Notes: generated by a model not told the origin, from the sequence alone. A stretch of DNA of 41,442 bases from a bacterium (GCA_046756745.1 JBHHWX010000002.1:1-41442); one strand, 5' to 3'. Positions 17,280-27,060 are shown, counted from the stretch's first letter. Numbers and translations are program-made.

Positions 17280-19697
17280 ATGAATAAAGATTATTCGCCA
17301 GACAGTCCGGATTTCGAGGACATAGAAATCGAACCTGAAATTATCGATGACATTGAGGAAGAGGTACATGAAGATGACGTGGACTTTAAGATTCCGCAAT
17401 TCCTTCCCATTTTACCTTTAAGAAACACAGTGGTGTTTCCTCAACAGATACTTCCCATTTCAGTCGGTCGTGAGAAATCTATCAAGTTAATCGAAGAAGC
17501 CGTAAACGATAACAAGTTAGTCGTTCTTGTTGCCCAAAGAGACGGCAAGGTAGACAAGCCGAAACCCAAAGATCTATACGATTGGGGGACGATTGCATCC
17601 ATAATGAAAGTCTTTAAAATGCCGGATGGCACAAAAAGCGTTATGGTTCAGGGAGTCAGCGCCGCGCAGATCATCAAATATACCCAAACCGAGCCGACGA
17701 TGAAAGCTCTGGTCCAAACTCATGTTGAGACGAATTTCACCGGAGTGGATATCGATGCCTTAGTGAGCAATATCCGAGCCCTTTTTGAAAAGGTGGTGCG
17801 TTTAGCGAATTACCTGACTCCGGAACACTTGATGTTGGTATCGAATACCGACGAACCGGCACGCATCGCCGATATCATCGTCTGGAATTTAAACATTGCG
17901 ACTGTTGACAAACAGTCCATTTTAGAGCTTACCGATGTCAAGGCGCGGCTGGAAAAATTAACTTACATCCTGACCAAAGAATTACAAATCTTGGAACTAG
18001 GAAGTAAAATCCAGTCCGAGGTTCAAGGCGAGATCAACAAAACCCAGCGTGAATATTACTTGCGAGAACAGCTCAAGGCGATCAAAAGAGAGCTGGGAGA
18101 GGAAGACGATGAAAGAACCGTCGAGATTAAAGAACTTCGGAAAAAAATAAAAGACGCTCAGATGCCGCTCGAAGTCCGAAAGGTTGCTGACAAAGAACTG
18201 GACAGATTGAGGAACATGCCTCCAGCCGCAGCGGAGTATACGGTATCAAGAACCTACATCGATTGGTTGATAGACGTGCCCTGGGCTAAGAGCACAAACG
18301 ATAATCTTGACGTTGAACAAGCGCAAAAGGTTCTGGATGAGGACCACTACGACTTACAAAAAGTCAAGACTCGGATTCTCGAATATCTGGCAGTCCGGAA
18401 ATTAAAAAGCGATATGAAGGGTCCGATTCTCTGTTTTGTCGGTCCTCCAGGGGTTGGCAAGACGTCTTTAGGGAAGTCGATTGCCCGAGCGCTTGGAAGA
18501 AAATTCATGCGCATTTCACTTGGAGGAGTAAGAGATGAAGCCGAGATCAGAGGGCACCGTCGAACCTATATCGGCGCGCTCCCTGGCAGGATTATTCAAG
18601 GCTTAAAAAAGGTAGACTCGAATAACCCTGTATTTATGCTTGATGAAATCGATAAAATCGGAATGGATTTTAGAGGGGATCCCGCTGCTGCCTTACTCGA
18701 AGTGTTAGACCCAGAGCAAAATTTCGCTTTTTCGGATCATTACTTGGAAGTGCCGTTTGACCTTTCGCAGGTTCTGTTTATCGCTACGGCGAATTTAGCA
18801 GACCCCATTATCCCGGCACTGAAAGATAGGATGGAACTTTTAGAGCTTCCGGGTTATACCGGGGAAGAAAAGCTGCACATTGCACAAAAGTATTTAATCC
18901 CTAAGCAAATCGAAGCGCACGGTTTGAAGGAGTCCCAGCTCACATTTAATGACGATGCGGTAATCGAAATCATTCATTCCTATACGAGAGAGGCTGGGGT
19001 CAGAAATTTAGAACGGGAGCTGGCTGGAATTTGTCGAGGAGTCGCCCGAGAAGTTGTCGAGGGAAAAACGACCGAGAAGACGATCGGAGCGCCTGAAGTT
19101 AGTCCCTATTTAGGACCGGTCAAATTCTTTTCTGAAATTGCAGAACGAACCAGCCGTCCTGGGGTTGCAACAGGTTTGGCCTGGACTCAAGCAGGAGGAG
19201 ACATTTTATTTATTGAAGCAACAAAAATGCCGGGCAAAGGCGAGTTGATCCTAACCGGCTCTCTGGGTGACGTGATGAAAGAGTCGGCAAAAGCCGCGCT
19301 CAGTTATATCCGCTCAAAGTCGGGCAAGCTAAAAATCGAAGATGTAATTTTTAGAAATTCTGACATCCACATTCATATCCCGGCAGGGGCCATTCCTAAG
19401 GATGGCCCATCGGCCGGAGTGACGATGTTAACTTCACTGGTGTCGCTTCTCACAAAACGGTTGGTCAAAAATAATGTTGCGATGACCGGGGAAATTACCT
19501 TGAGAGGGGCGGTTTTACCCGTTGGGGGTATTAAGGAAAAAGTCCTTGCTGCTAACAGAGCCGGGATTACGAGAGTAATTATGCCGGAGAAGAATGAAAA
19601 AGATTTAGAGGACATTCCTGAGTCTGTTCGTAGCAAAATAGAATTGAATTTTGTCAGCGATATGGATGATGTTTTAAATTATGCTCTTGCTGATTAA
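17280..19697 (+). CDS. lon: ATP-dependent protease La (Lon)
   Basis: N domain LPLRNTVVFP, Walker A GPPGVGKT, LDEIDK, catalytic PKDGPSAG and GGIKEK; acidic N-terminal extension. Confidence 0.98.
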   Translation: MNKDYSPDSPDFEDIEIEPEIIDDIEEEVHEDDVDFKIPQFLPILPLRNTVVFPQQILPISVGREKSIKLIEEAVNDNKLVVLVAQRDGKVDKPKPKDLYDWGTIASIMKVFKMPDGTKSVMVQGVSAAQIIKYTQTEPTMKALVQTHVETNFTGVDIDALVSNIRALFEKVVRLANYLTPEHLMLVSNTDEPARIADIIVWNLNIATVDKQSILELTDVKARLEKLTYILTKELQILELGSKIQSEVQGEINKTQREYYLREQLKAIKRELGEEDDERTVEIKELRKKIKDAQMPLEVRKVADKELDRLRNMPPAAAEYTVSRTYIDWLIDVPWAKSTNDNLDVEQAQKVLDEDHYDLQKVKTRILEYLAVRKLKSDMKGPILCFVGPPGVGKTSLGKSIARALGRKFMRISLGGVRDEAEIRGHRRTYIGALPGRIIQGLKKVDSNNPVFMLDEIDKIGMDFRGDPAAALLEVLDPEQNFAFSDHYLEVPFDLSQVLFIATANLADPIIPALKDRMELLELPGYTGEEKLHIAQKYLIPKQIEAHGLKESQLTFNDDAVIEIIHSYTREAGVRNLERELAGICRGVAREVVEGKTTEKTIGAPEVSPYLGPVKFFSEIAERTSRPGVATGLAWTQAGGDILFIEATKMPGKGELILTGSLGDVMKESAKAALSYIRSKSGKLKIEDVIFRNSDIHIHIPAGAIPKDGPSAGVTMLTSLVSLLTKRLVKNNVAMTGEITLRGAVLPVGGIKEKVLAANRAGITRVIMPEKNEKDLEDIPESVRSKIELNFVSDMDDVLNYALAD

Positions 19698-19834
19698 ATT
19701 GCCAAGAAGATTGTCTCAAGATAAGAAACATGGTTCAACAGAATACACGATGTTGGACAAATAAATGCACTTTAAAGTATTCTGAGCTTTAATAATAATA
19801 AATGGTTACCTGCATATTTACATAAAAACGTTCC

Positions 19835-19850
19835 TGGCACAGTGTTTGAT
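19835..19850 (+). promoter_or_regulatory. Sigma54-like promoter upstream of the hypothetical gene
   Basis: TGGCACAGTGTTTGAT: perfect -24 element and TTGA variant at -12, about 50 nt before the start codon. Confidence 0.55.
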
Positions 19851-19902
19851 TTATCTGATGAAAAATGTAATTTTTCTTCGTTAATCAAATTCGACGGTGC
19901 TT

Positions 19903-20403
19903 ATGAAGGAACTGCTCTACTTTTCTGCTTCTGACTTGATGATTCAGGTTGACTACAAATCAAATGACAATTCCATACACTACTTTTCCCATCGACAGTT
20001 AACTTTTGGTGAACGTGTTGTGGTTGAGCAATATCTTCTCGCAAATGTTGCTATTAAAACGGAGTACTACAAAAAGCATCCTGCGATACTGAATTATCTT
20101 GGTATCAACGGCAAACTGATTAAAGATTTGAATCAGTTTCATTTAAAAAATACCATAAAAAGCCTCAAGGGTAAAGAAAAGGAGGCAGAGGCTGCCGTAC
20201 AAGATTTGATTAATGAAGCATTATCAAAATACTATTTTGAGCAAATCGGCAATGTATTAATAGATTTGAAAAATGAGAAGCAACAAAATAGAACCTTTCT
20301 TAGAGATCAGCTCATCGAATTAATCGATGCCTATAACTTGTATTCAGATCGAAAAGTGCCCTATGAAGAGGTTCTTCCAAAAGCATTTATTACAAATAAC
20401 TAA
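19903..20403 (+). CDS. Hypothetical cytoplasmic protein (166 aa)
   Basis: Only long ORF in the gap, natural composition (beta-rich N half, helical C half), no recognisable motif; start 19897 or 19903. Confidence 0.8.
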   Translation: MKELLYFSASDLMIQVDYKSNDNSIHYFSHRQLTFGERVVVEQYLLANVAIKTEYYKKHPAILNYLGINGKLIKDLNQFHLKNTIKSLKGKEKEAEAAVQDLINEALSKYYFEQIGNVLIDLKNEKQQNRTFLRDQLIELIDAYNLYSDRKVPYEEVLPKAFITNN

Positions 20404-20431
20404 AAAAAGCTATTGTAAGGAGTTGAAGACA

Positions 20432-21688
20432 ATGAACTGGCGCAGCGCAACAATTGCAATTTCGACATGTTTCTTTTTTCTCACAACTGTTGTCTACTCT
20501 CAAGACACTTCAGGTGAATGGGAGCTTGGTTTAAATGCAGGTGCACAACGTTTTTATGGTGACCGGACTGCGGCTGGATTTGGACCTGGTTTTGAAGGAT
20601 TTGTGACTTATCGTATCTTAAAATTTGCTGATCTTGCTTTTTCAGCCGGTTACAGCGTTCTAAGGTATAATTTAGTCGCTGGAGGCACAAGCACCACAAA
20701 TTTGATCAATGCCGATATCAAAGGAAATTTCGAGCTGTTGTCGCAAGGAGTCGTGAGGCCTTTTATTAGTCTCGGGCTAGGCATTGTCAATTTTAAAGTA
20801 ACGTCTGCGGTTGGGGGACGGTTCTTCGATGCGTCCATTTTTGGAGGAGGCGGTTTTCGATTCCGTCTTAACCCTAAGATTGACTGGTTGATCGGCGCCG
20901 ATTACAGATTCTTAACCGGGGATACGATCGATAATTCCGGATTGCAAAAGGAGGGCAGCTCCGGAGATGGTTATCTCAATATACGGACGGGTTTTGCCTA
21001 TAGAATTGCGGGAGGAAAGGACGATTATCCGGACGTTATTGCCGATCAGCGAGACTTGCTTTACGAGGAGGAAGGTGACGACCTTGCCGCCCTGGATAAT
21101 GAAAACATACCTGTTGATTCCAAGCGAGAAAACCAGAATATGGAAGAGTACATTAAATTAAAATCAAAAATTGATCAGCTTTCGCAAAATTTGGACTCGC
21201 AGGAAAATCAAGTAACAAACCTGCAAAATCAATTGTCCGGCCGAAGGCAGGTTTTGACGTCGCTTGAAGGACAAACAGCTAATAGACGTCCCGTACGTCG
21301 CACAAGAAACTCTTCTCTTTCCGGCTTTTCTGACATCTACGAAGAGGCGCTCACAAACTATTATAATAAAAATTATGAGGAAGCGATATCTCTGTTTCGG
21401 GTTCTTATCGATAAATATCCGAATCACACACTTGCGAGCAATTATCAATATTGGCTCGGACAAAGCCTTTTAGCTCAAAACCGTTATCAGGAATCGATCG
21501 TTGCCTTTTATAAAGTTCTCAACTTTGAGCGCTCGTTTAAAAAAGACGATTCTTTGTTTTATTTGGGGAAAACATTCCTGAAAGTCGGTTCAGGCGATAG
21601 TGCAAGGGAATCTTTTGCGCGCTTAATTCGTGAATACCCCTCGAGTGAATTTGTAGAAGAGGCAAGAAACTATATTCAAAAACTGTAG
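20432..21688 (+). CDS. Outer-membrane beta-barrel fused to a coiled coil and CpoB/YbgF-like TPR domain
   Basis: AAGGAG RBS; signal peptide; amphipathic strands ending YLNIRTGFAYRI; heptad segment LKSKIDQLSQNLDSQENQVTNLQNQL; TPRs with YPNH...YQYWLGQ and YPSS. Confidence 0.8.
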   Translation: MNWRSATIAISTCFFFLTTVVYSQDTSGEWELGLNAGAQRFYGDRTAAGFGPGFEGFVTYRILKFADLAFSAGYSVLRYNLVAGGTSTTNLINADIKGNFELLSQGVVRPFISLGLGIVNFKVTSAVGGRFFDASIFGGGGFRFRLNPKIDWLIGADYRFLTGDTIDNSGLQKEGSSGDGYLNIRTGFAYRIAGGKDDYPDVIADQRDLLYEEEGDDLAALDNENIPVDSKRENQNMEEYIKLKSKIDQLSQNLDSQENQVTNLQNQLSGRRQVLTSLEGQTANRRPVRRTRNSSLSGFSDIYEEALTNYYNKNYEEAISLFRVLIDKYPNHTLASNYQYWLGQSLLAQNRYQESIVAFYKVLNFERSFKKDDSLFYLGKTFLKVGSGDSARESFARLIREYPSSEFVEEARNYIQKL

Positions 21689-21951
21689 TCTCTTGATATA
21701 ATATTCGTTTTTTTGTCATCTCAGTTGTTGTCGTTTTAATGGAGCCGTATTTTTTAAATCGTTGAAGCGATCATTTTCCGACATCCCGCCTTTAATTCTT
21801 GATCGCTGGCGATAGTTGATGTGGCCGTCCGCTCAGCTTTATTTATAGGGCTCTGGACTTGTCGTACGTATAATAAACTTGATTTTTTTACTTTATTTTA
21901 CAAGATTAATTTACTGAGATACGATATGTTTATCATCCTGGAGTTTGTTCG

Positions 21952-23967
21952 ATGAACAACCTAAGGATTCTTATCGCGGGCGTCAGTCATTCCTACCTCG
22001 AGATATCTAAAAGGATGCTCCAGTTTCATTACAGTCACTGTGATATAGACTTTGCTCTCTCAGGCCGGGAATGTATTGAAAAAGCGCTTAACGATTCATA
22101 CGACCTCGTGCTGCTCGATTATAACCTGGACGATATAACTGGGCTGGATGTTATCGAACAGCTTAGAAGAGAAAAGTTCAAGGCCCCTTTGGTCATTTTA
22201 ATCGATGAGGGACAGGACGAAATTGCCGTCCAATTGCTGGAAAAAGGCGCGTCGGATTACATCCTCAAAGTAAGAGGTTATTTAACAGCCCTGCCGATCA
22301 CAATCCGGAATATTTTAGAAAGAAAGAATTTGGTTCAGGCTGAAACCTCGATCATTCCGCGTCTCGATAAGAGCGATTTACGTGACCGAAGTAAAGGTTT
22401 TTTTATTTTGGATCGCAAGGGCCGGATCTTGTCAGCGAATCAAAATATGGAAAAGATCACTAATTATAGCGAAGACGAACTTCTCGAGCTCAATCTTTTG
22501 GATTTATTACCCAAAGAAAATGAGAGGTCTTTTTTTGATTGGCTCAATTCATTGACCAAAAACGGAAATTCCAACCAGACATTTAAAACAGAAATACTGG
22601 GTAAAACCGGTGATAAAATTTTTATCGACATCGCTCTCACCGCGATCAAAGACGAAAATCAGAAAATCGTCAGCTATCGCGGGAGGTTGGAGAGTCTGAA
22701 CCGGGATTCCTTGAAACATCAAGTTCCGGAAAATGCTATCGATCAATTGGGCATGCTAAGAAGACTCTCTCATCTTATCACAACGTCCTATCATGACCCT
22801 CTGAACACTTTACTGGAACGCATGGCTGAATTGGCTTGCCAAGCATTTAAGTTTCAGAGAGCGACAATTGCTTTGTTGGATAAGAGAAAAAAAGCTTTTA
22901 TCAAGCAAGTTATGATAGGCTATAAAACGAGACCCGCAGCCGACAGCAAAAATATTGAAGTTCCTGAAGAGGTAATTCGAAAGATTTTTTCAGGGCGATT
23001 TCGGGTAAAAGTCATCTACTATAATCAAGATTATCGAGACACCGCGAGTTATCTCAATTCCAGCTTTCCGGAAAGGCGCACTCAAAAGAGGAGGCCGCCA
23101 AGCCAATGGCACAAGCGGGACTTGATTTTAGTCAATTTAATGAATCGCGCAGGCAAGACATTCGGATACGTTTCACTCGATATCTCCGTTGGCAATAATA
23201 CACCGGCAAGAGATACTTTTCATAATTTAGAGCTTTTCGGGCAATTAGTATCCATGACCATTGAAAATTATTATCAATTTTCCGCTTTGGACAAACGTTC
23301 CAGGAGATTAAAACAGCTTCTGGTTACCAGCAATATCTTTAAACTATACTTGAGTCTAAACAATTTGCTAAAAGAGGTTGTCTGGTCGATAAAATTTTCA
23401 TTAGATTTCAACATGGTCGCTCTTGGTTTGATAAGCAAAAAGAGCGGTCATTTGGAAATTAAAGCCGTTGCCTGTGACGATAAGCTGAAAATGAGTCGAT
23501 TGCGAGAATTGACTTTTCCTCTTGAGCAATTTGCTGCACTTCTACGCAAGGAATACAATCGCGGCAGATCTTATTTTGTCTTGAAAAAGGAGGCGCTCTT
23601 CCACACATTGAAGCAGATTTATTTCGGCCCCAATATTCAGTCAAATGTCAATGGGAATTGGCCTGCCTGGGGAGTCCTTTTGGTGCCGATAAAATCGCGT
23701 GATGGGAAAGTCGTCGGCGTCCTCATGGTTGACGATCCTGAAAATCGACAGTTACCTAACAACGATACAATCCATACCTTAGAAATTTTAGCCAATCAAA
23801 TAGCTGTCGCGATAGACAACAGAATCCTGTACGTACAAGCGAAAAATAAAATTTCCGACCTGCAAGATTCTCAACAAAGTCATCGAGAACCCGTAAAGCC
23901 CGAAGCGAGCGTCATTGAGGACCCTTCGGTGGGAATAAAAAACTTCGTTGATAGACTATTTAAATGA
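21952..23967 (+). CDS. Signal-transduction protein REC-PAS-GAF-GAF with no recognisable output domain
   Basis: Receiver (YDLVLLDY, GASDYILK); PAS (ILDRKGRILSANQNMEKITNYSEDEL); two GAFs (GKTFGYVSLD..., GKVVGVLMVDDP...LEILANQIAVAIDN); only about 45 aa follow. Confidence 0.8.
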   Translation: MNNLRILIAGVSHSYLEISKRMLQFHYSHCDIDFALSGRECIEKALNDSYDLVLLDYNLDDITGLDVIEQLRREKFKAPLVILIDEGQDEIAVQLLEKGASDYILKVRGYLTALPITIRNILERKNLVQAETSIIPRLDKSDLRDRSKGFFILDRKGRILSANQNMEKITNYSEDELLELNLLDLLPKENERSFFDWLNSLTKNGNSNQTFKTEILGKTGDKIFIDIALTAIKDENQKIVSYRGRLESLNRDSLKHQVPENAIDQLGMLRRLSHLITTSYHDPLNTLLERMAELACQAFKFQRATIALLDKRKKAFIKQVMIGYKTRPAADSKNIEVPEEVIRKIFSGRFRVKVIYYNQDYRDTASYLNSSFPERRTQKRRPPSQWHKRDLILVNLMNRAGKTFGYVSLDISVGNNTPARDTFHNLELFGQLVSMTIENYYQFSALDKRSRRLKQLLVTSNIFKLYLSLNNLLKEVVWSIKFSLDFNMVALGLISKKSGHLEIKAVACDDKLKMSRLRELTFPLEQFAALLRKEYNRGRSYFVLKKEALFHTLKQIYFGPNIQSNVNGNWPAWGVLLVPIKSRDGKVVGVLMVDDPENRQLPNNDTIHTLEILANQIAVAIDNRILYVQAKNKISDLQDSQQSHREPVKPEASVIEDPSVGIKNFVDRLFK

Positions 23968-24053
23968 AGGTCTTTCACTGAGTGTTCCTTGCCTGATTGA
24001 ATTCTTCATTTTTAACAGACTTCTTTTGATTGGGCATCTCTCCTATAATGGGT

Positions 24054-24157
24054 GTAACCGGTCAGTTCTGTGAGGTGGTAATGCAGGCATCTTGCCTGCA
24101 AGATGCCTGCAGGCTGGAAGCCTGCTTTACATTTTTCCTTTGTAACTGACCGCTGAC
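24054..24157. mobile_element. Miniature element with GTAACCGGTCAGTT terminal inverted repeats enclosing a GCAGGC REP doublet
   Basis: GTAACCGGTCAGTT (24054-24067) versus AACTGACCGCTGAC (24144-24157); inner GTAATGCAGGCATCTTGCCTGC...GCAGGCTGGAAGCCTGCTTTAC at 24078-24130. Confidence 0.75.
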
Positions 24158-24176
24158 TAATCGGTGGTATTTTTTC

Positions 24177-24205
24177 TTGACTTCATAAAGCCAAATCATT
24201 ACTTT
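24177..24205 (+). promoter_or_regulatory. Sigma70-type promoter of the partner-switching genes
   Basis: TTGACT-17 nt-TACTTT, implying a leader of about 220 nt. Confidence 0.55.
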
Positions 24206-24431
24206 GTAGCTTCAAAACTTTAGGTTGTCCGATAATCTGAATTACTGGGTAGCGCTAAAAATAAACCCAGATGCAACACAATTCAACTATTCACGTTTCA
24301 TTTTGTTAGTGTACAATCGTTCGTCCTGAATTCGACGCAAGGGTGCGTTTAGGTGTCCGATTGCGCTCAAGTACACGGCATGATTGATGTTTAATATCAA
24401 TTTCATACAAATTTCAGGAGGAAAATACTAA

Positions 24432-24782
24432 ATGGAAGGGTTTGAAGTCACTTCAGGTGAAAACGGTGGGATTTCGATTCTATATATAAAAGGATATTTG
24501 GATGCTCACACGGCGCAGGATTTGGAGAATGAATTTCAACAGCTCGTTGACGCAAACAAATACAATATTGTTGTCAACTTCAAGGATCTGAATTATATAA
24601 GCAGTGCCGGGCTGGGAGTATTTATGGGTTTTATTGAGGACATTAGGAAGAACGGCGGAGATATCAAGCTGACGGATATGAAACCCAAGATCTACCGGGT
24701 TTTCGATCTTTTAGGTTTTCCAACCCTTTATGATATTTTAGACGAAGAGAACAAAGCTGTCGAGAAATTCAACAAATCCTAG
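24432..24782 (+). CDS. STAS-domain anti-sigma factor antagonist (RsbV/SpoIIAA family)
   Basis: GYLDAHTA and YISSAGLG with the phosphorylatable Ser; AGGAGG RBS. Confidence 0.95.
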   Translation: MEGFEVTSGENGGISILYIKGYLDAHTAQDLENEFQQLVDANKYNIVVNFKDLNYISSAGLGVFMGFIEDIRKNGGDIKLTDMKPKIYRVFDLLGFPTLYDILDEENKAVEKFNKS

Positions 24783-24848
24783 TTGGATAAAACGGATGCC
24801 GACACAGGTAACATTCATGATAATGCCCAAAAATAAGGTGGTGCAATT

Positions 24849-25304
24849 TTGTCTAGGATCCTAAGAAAATATCATTTAAAGGTGACTAGCCAATCCGACA
24901 ATCTTGCGATTGTACGAGAATTTGTTTCTAATGTAGCAACAAAAATCGGGTTCAATACGGATGACGTGAGCAAGATCGAATTGGCGGTTGATGAAGCATG
25001 CGCGAATGTGATAAAGCATGCTTACCATGGAAATTCTAAAAAACAAATCGAAATTTCGATCAAAATCGATAAAAGCAAAATGCTGGTGATCGTCACAGAT
25101 AAGGGGAAGGGTTTTAACCCTGAGAATCTCGAAGCACAGAATATGGATGAGTATTTGAACGAAATGCGAATCGGTGGATTAGGTCTGCATTTGATTAAGA
25201 CCCTTATGGACCAAGTGGATTTTGACATCAAGCCGGGTGTGAGAAACCAGGTTAAAATGGTCAAGTTTTTAAGTAAGGAATTGACTGACAAATTAATGAA
25301 CTAA
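24849..25304 (+). CDS. Anti-sigma factor / Ser kinase (RsbW/SpoIIAB family)
   Basis: ELAVDEACANVIKHAY N box, DKGKGF, GGLGLHLIKTLMD. Confidence 0.94.
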   Translation: MSRILRKYHLKVTSQSDNLAIVREFVSNVATKIGFNTDDVSKIELAVDEACANVIKHAYHGNSKKQIEISIKIDKSKMLVIVTDKGKGFNPENLEAQNMDEYLNEMRIGGLGLHLIKTLMDQVDFDIKPGVRNQVKMVKFLSKELTDKLMN

Positions 25305-25338
25305 AATAGAGTACCCTACTTTCATTCATCAAAAAACA

Positions 25339-27060
25339 GTGACTCAAGAATTAGATACCAAAATAATCGAACTTCAAGACCTGCACGAATTAAGCAGAAC
25401 CATTACCTCGTCTTTAAACTTGAAGGAGGTTCTCGATACCATACTGAGGACTCCCATGGGCAAGTTGCTCATAAGTAAGGGTGTGGTCTTAATCGAGCGA
25501 GACGCGCACAGTTTCACGATAGAGACGTTAAAAGGCTTGCCGAAGACTATTCTGGGAAGCAAAATTCAAATAGATGATTTACCCGGGGATCCCGAATTTA
25601 TCGATAAGTTGCCTCCATCACCCTGGCAAGCTTTTTTGAGAAAGAATAGTATCGAATTGGTTATCCCAATTATCCACAGCGATGATAAATTAGGACTCAT
25701 CGGTTTCGGTAAAAAGATTTTAGGATCTGATTACTCTGACTCGGATCTTGAATATCTAAACTCTTTATCAAATATCGCCGCTACAGCAATCCAAAACAGT
25801 TTGATTCACAATCAACTGAAGGAGGTAAACTGGAGTTTAGATAAAAAAAATCGCGAGCTGTACACTATTAAAGAAATAGGGGAGGAGCTCAATGCGAATC
25901 TTTTTGAGCCGGAAAAAGTCGTCAGTTTGTTGGCCTACTCCATTATGGGCGAGTTGATGGTCAATCGTTGTTTGATTTTTTTAAATGTGAACGGAAAGCT
26001 GGTTCTTAATCTCAATAAAGGATTCTCCAAAGATGAAATAGATAAGATTGAACAGGATAAAATATTATTGAAAGCGTTGTCAACTTTGGAAAGTCCCCTG
26101 AATATTCTTGAGGCCGATGATTCCGAGTTCGCCGCGCGATCTCAGGAATTGGGGGTCACGGTCTTAGTTCCCATGCGGATGCAGCAGAAAATGAAAGGCG
26201 TGATCGCCTTGGGAGAGAAAATAACCAAAGCGCCTTTCATTCAGGAGGAATTGGATTTCCTGACAACCCTGGGAAACTCGTCTATCATTTCCATCGAAAA
26301 CGCTCTCTTGTTCAAAGAAATGTTGGAGAAGAAAAGGCTTGAGGAGGAGCTGCAGATTGCAAGCGATATCCAAAAACAGCTCTTACCGGATTCCTCACCC
26401 CAGTTAGAAAGATACGAAATCGCAGCAGACAATGTATCTTCACTACATGTTGGGGGTGATTATTTTGACTGCATCAAAATTGAAGACAATCTCTATAGTT
26501 TTTGCATTGCAGATGTTTCAGGGAAAGGCGCCCCGGCAGCATTATTAATGTCAAATCTACAGGCGAGTTTACACGCATTGATCAATACAGGATTAAGAAT
26601 CGACGAAATTACGTTTCGAATTAATAATTTAATCTACAGAAACACAACCTATGATAAATTTATTACCTTTTTCTTAGGCGTGTTAAATTTGAGTGAACGG
26701 ACTTTCACATCGGTCAATGCGGGGCACAATCCCCCATATCTTTTTCATAAGGACGGGACATTTCAAAACTTTGAAGAAGGAGGTCTTATTCTCGGCATGA
26801 TGCCAAATATCCAATACGATACCGAAACAGTTAGCCTCGAATCCGGAGATTGTATTGTAATGTTCACTGACGGAGTTTCAGAGGCGATGAATAGTAAAGA
26901 GGAAGAATTCGAGGAAAAGCGTATTGAGGCATGCGTGCTCGACAATTACGATTTGTCCGCCGAAGGTATTTTACAAACATTGAAAAAAGCCGTTTACGAT
27001 TTTGCTCAAGATCAACCTCAAGCAGATGATATTACAATTCAAGTCATTAAAATCTTTTAA
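25339..27060 (+). CDS. GAF-GAF-PP2C (SpoIIE/RsbU-type) phosphatase
   Basis: Two GAF repeats, coiled coil EEELQIASDIQ, PP2C motifs GGDYFD, ADVSGKG, NAGH, TDG, DDIT. Confidence 0.93.
   Translation: MTQELDTKIIELQDLHELSRTITSSLNLKEVLDTILRTPMGKLLISKGVVLIERDAHSFTIETLKGLPKTILGSKIQIDDLPGDPEFIDKLPPSPWQAFLRKNSIELVIPIIHSDDKLGLIGFGKKILGSDYSDSDLEYLNSLSNIAATAIQNSLIHNQLKEVNWSLDKKNRELYTIKEIGEELNANLFEPEKVVSLLAYSIMGELMVNRCLIFLNVNGKLVLNLNKGFSKDEIDKIEQDKILLKALSTLESPLNILEADDSEFAARSQELGVTVLVPMRMQQKMKGVIALGEKITKAPFIQEELDFLTTLGNSSIISIENALLFKEMLEKKRLEEELQIASDIQKQLLPDSSPQLERYEIAADNVSSLHVGGDYFDCIKIEDNLYSFCIADVSGKGAPAALLMSNLQASLHALINTGLRIDEITFRINNLIYRNTTYDKFITFFLGVLNLSERTFTSVNAGHNPPYLFHKDGTFQNFEEGGLILGMMPNIQYDTETVSLESGDCIVMFTDGVSEAMNSKEEEFEEKRIEACVLDNYDLSAEGILQTLKKAVYDFAQDQPQADDITIQVIKIF

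Noticed and set aside
24309-24376. SRP RNA, 6S RNA or tRNA
   Set aside because: No SRP GGAA tetraloop with AGCAG internal loop, too short for 6S, and no cloverleaf or T-loop.
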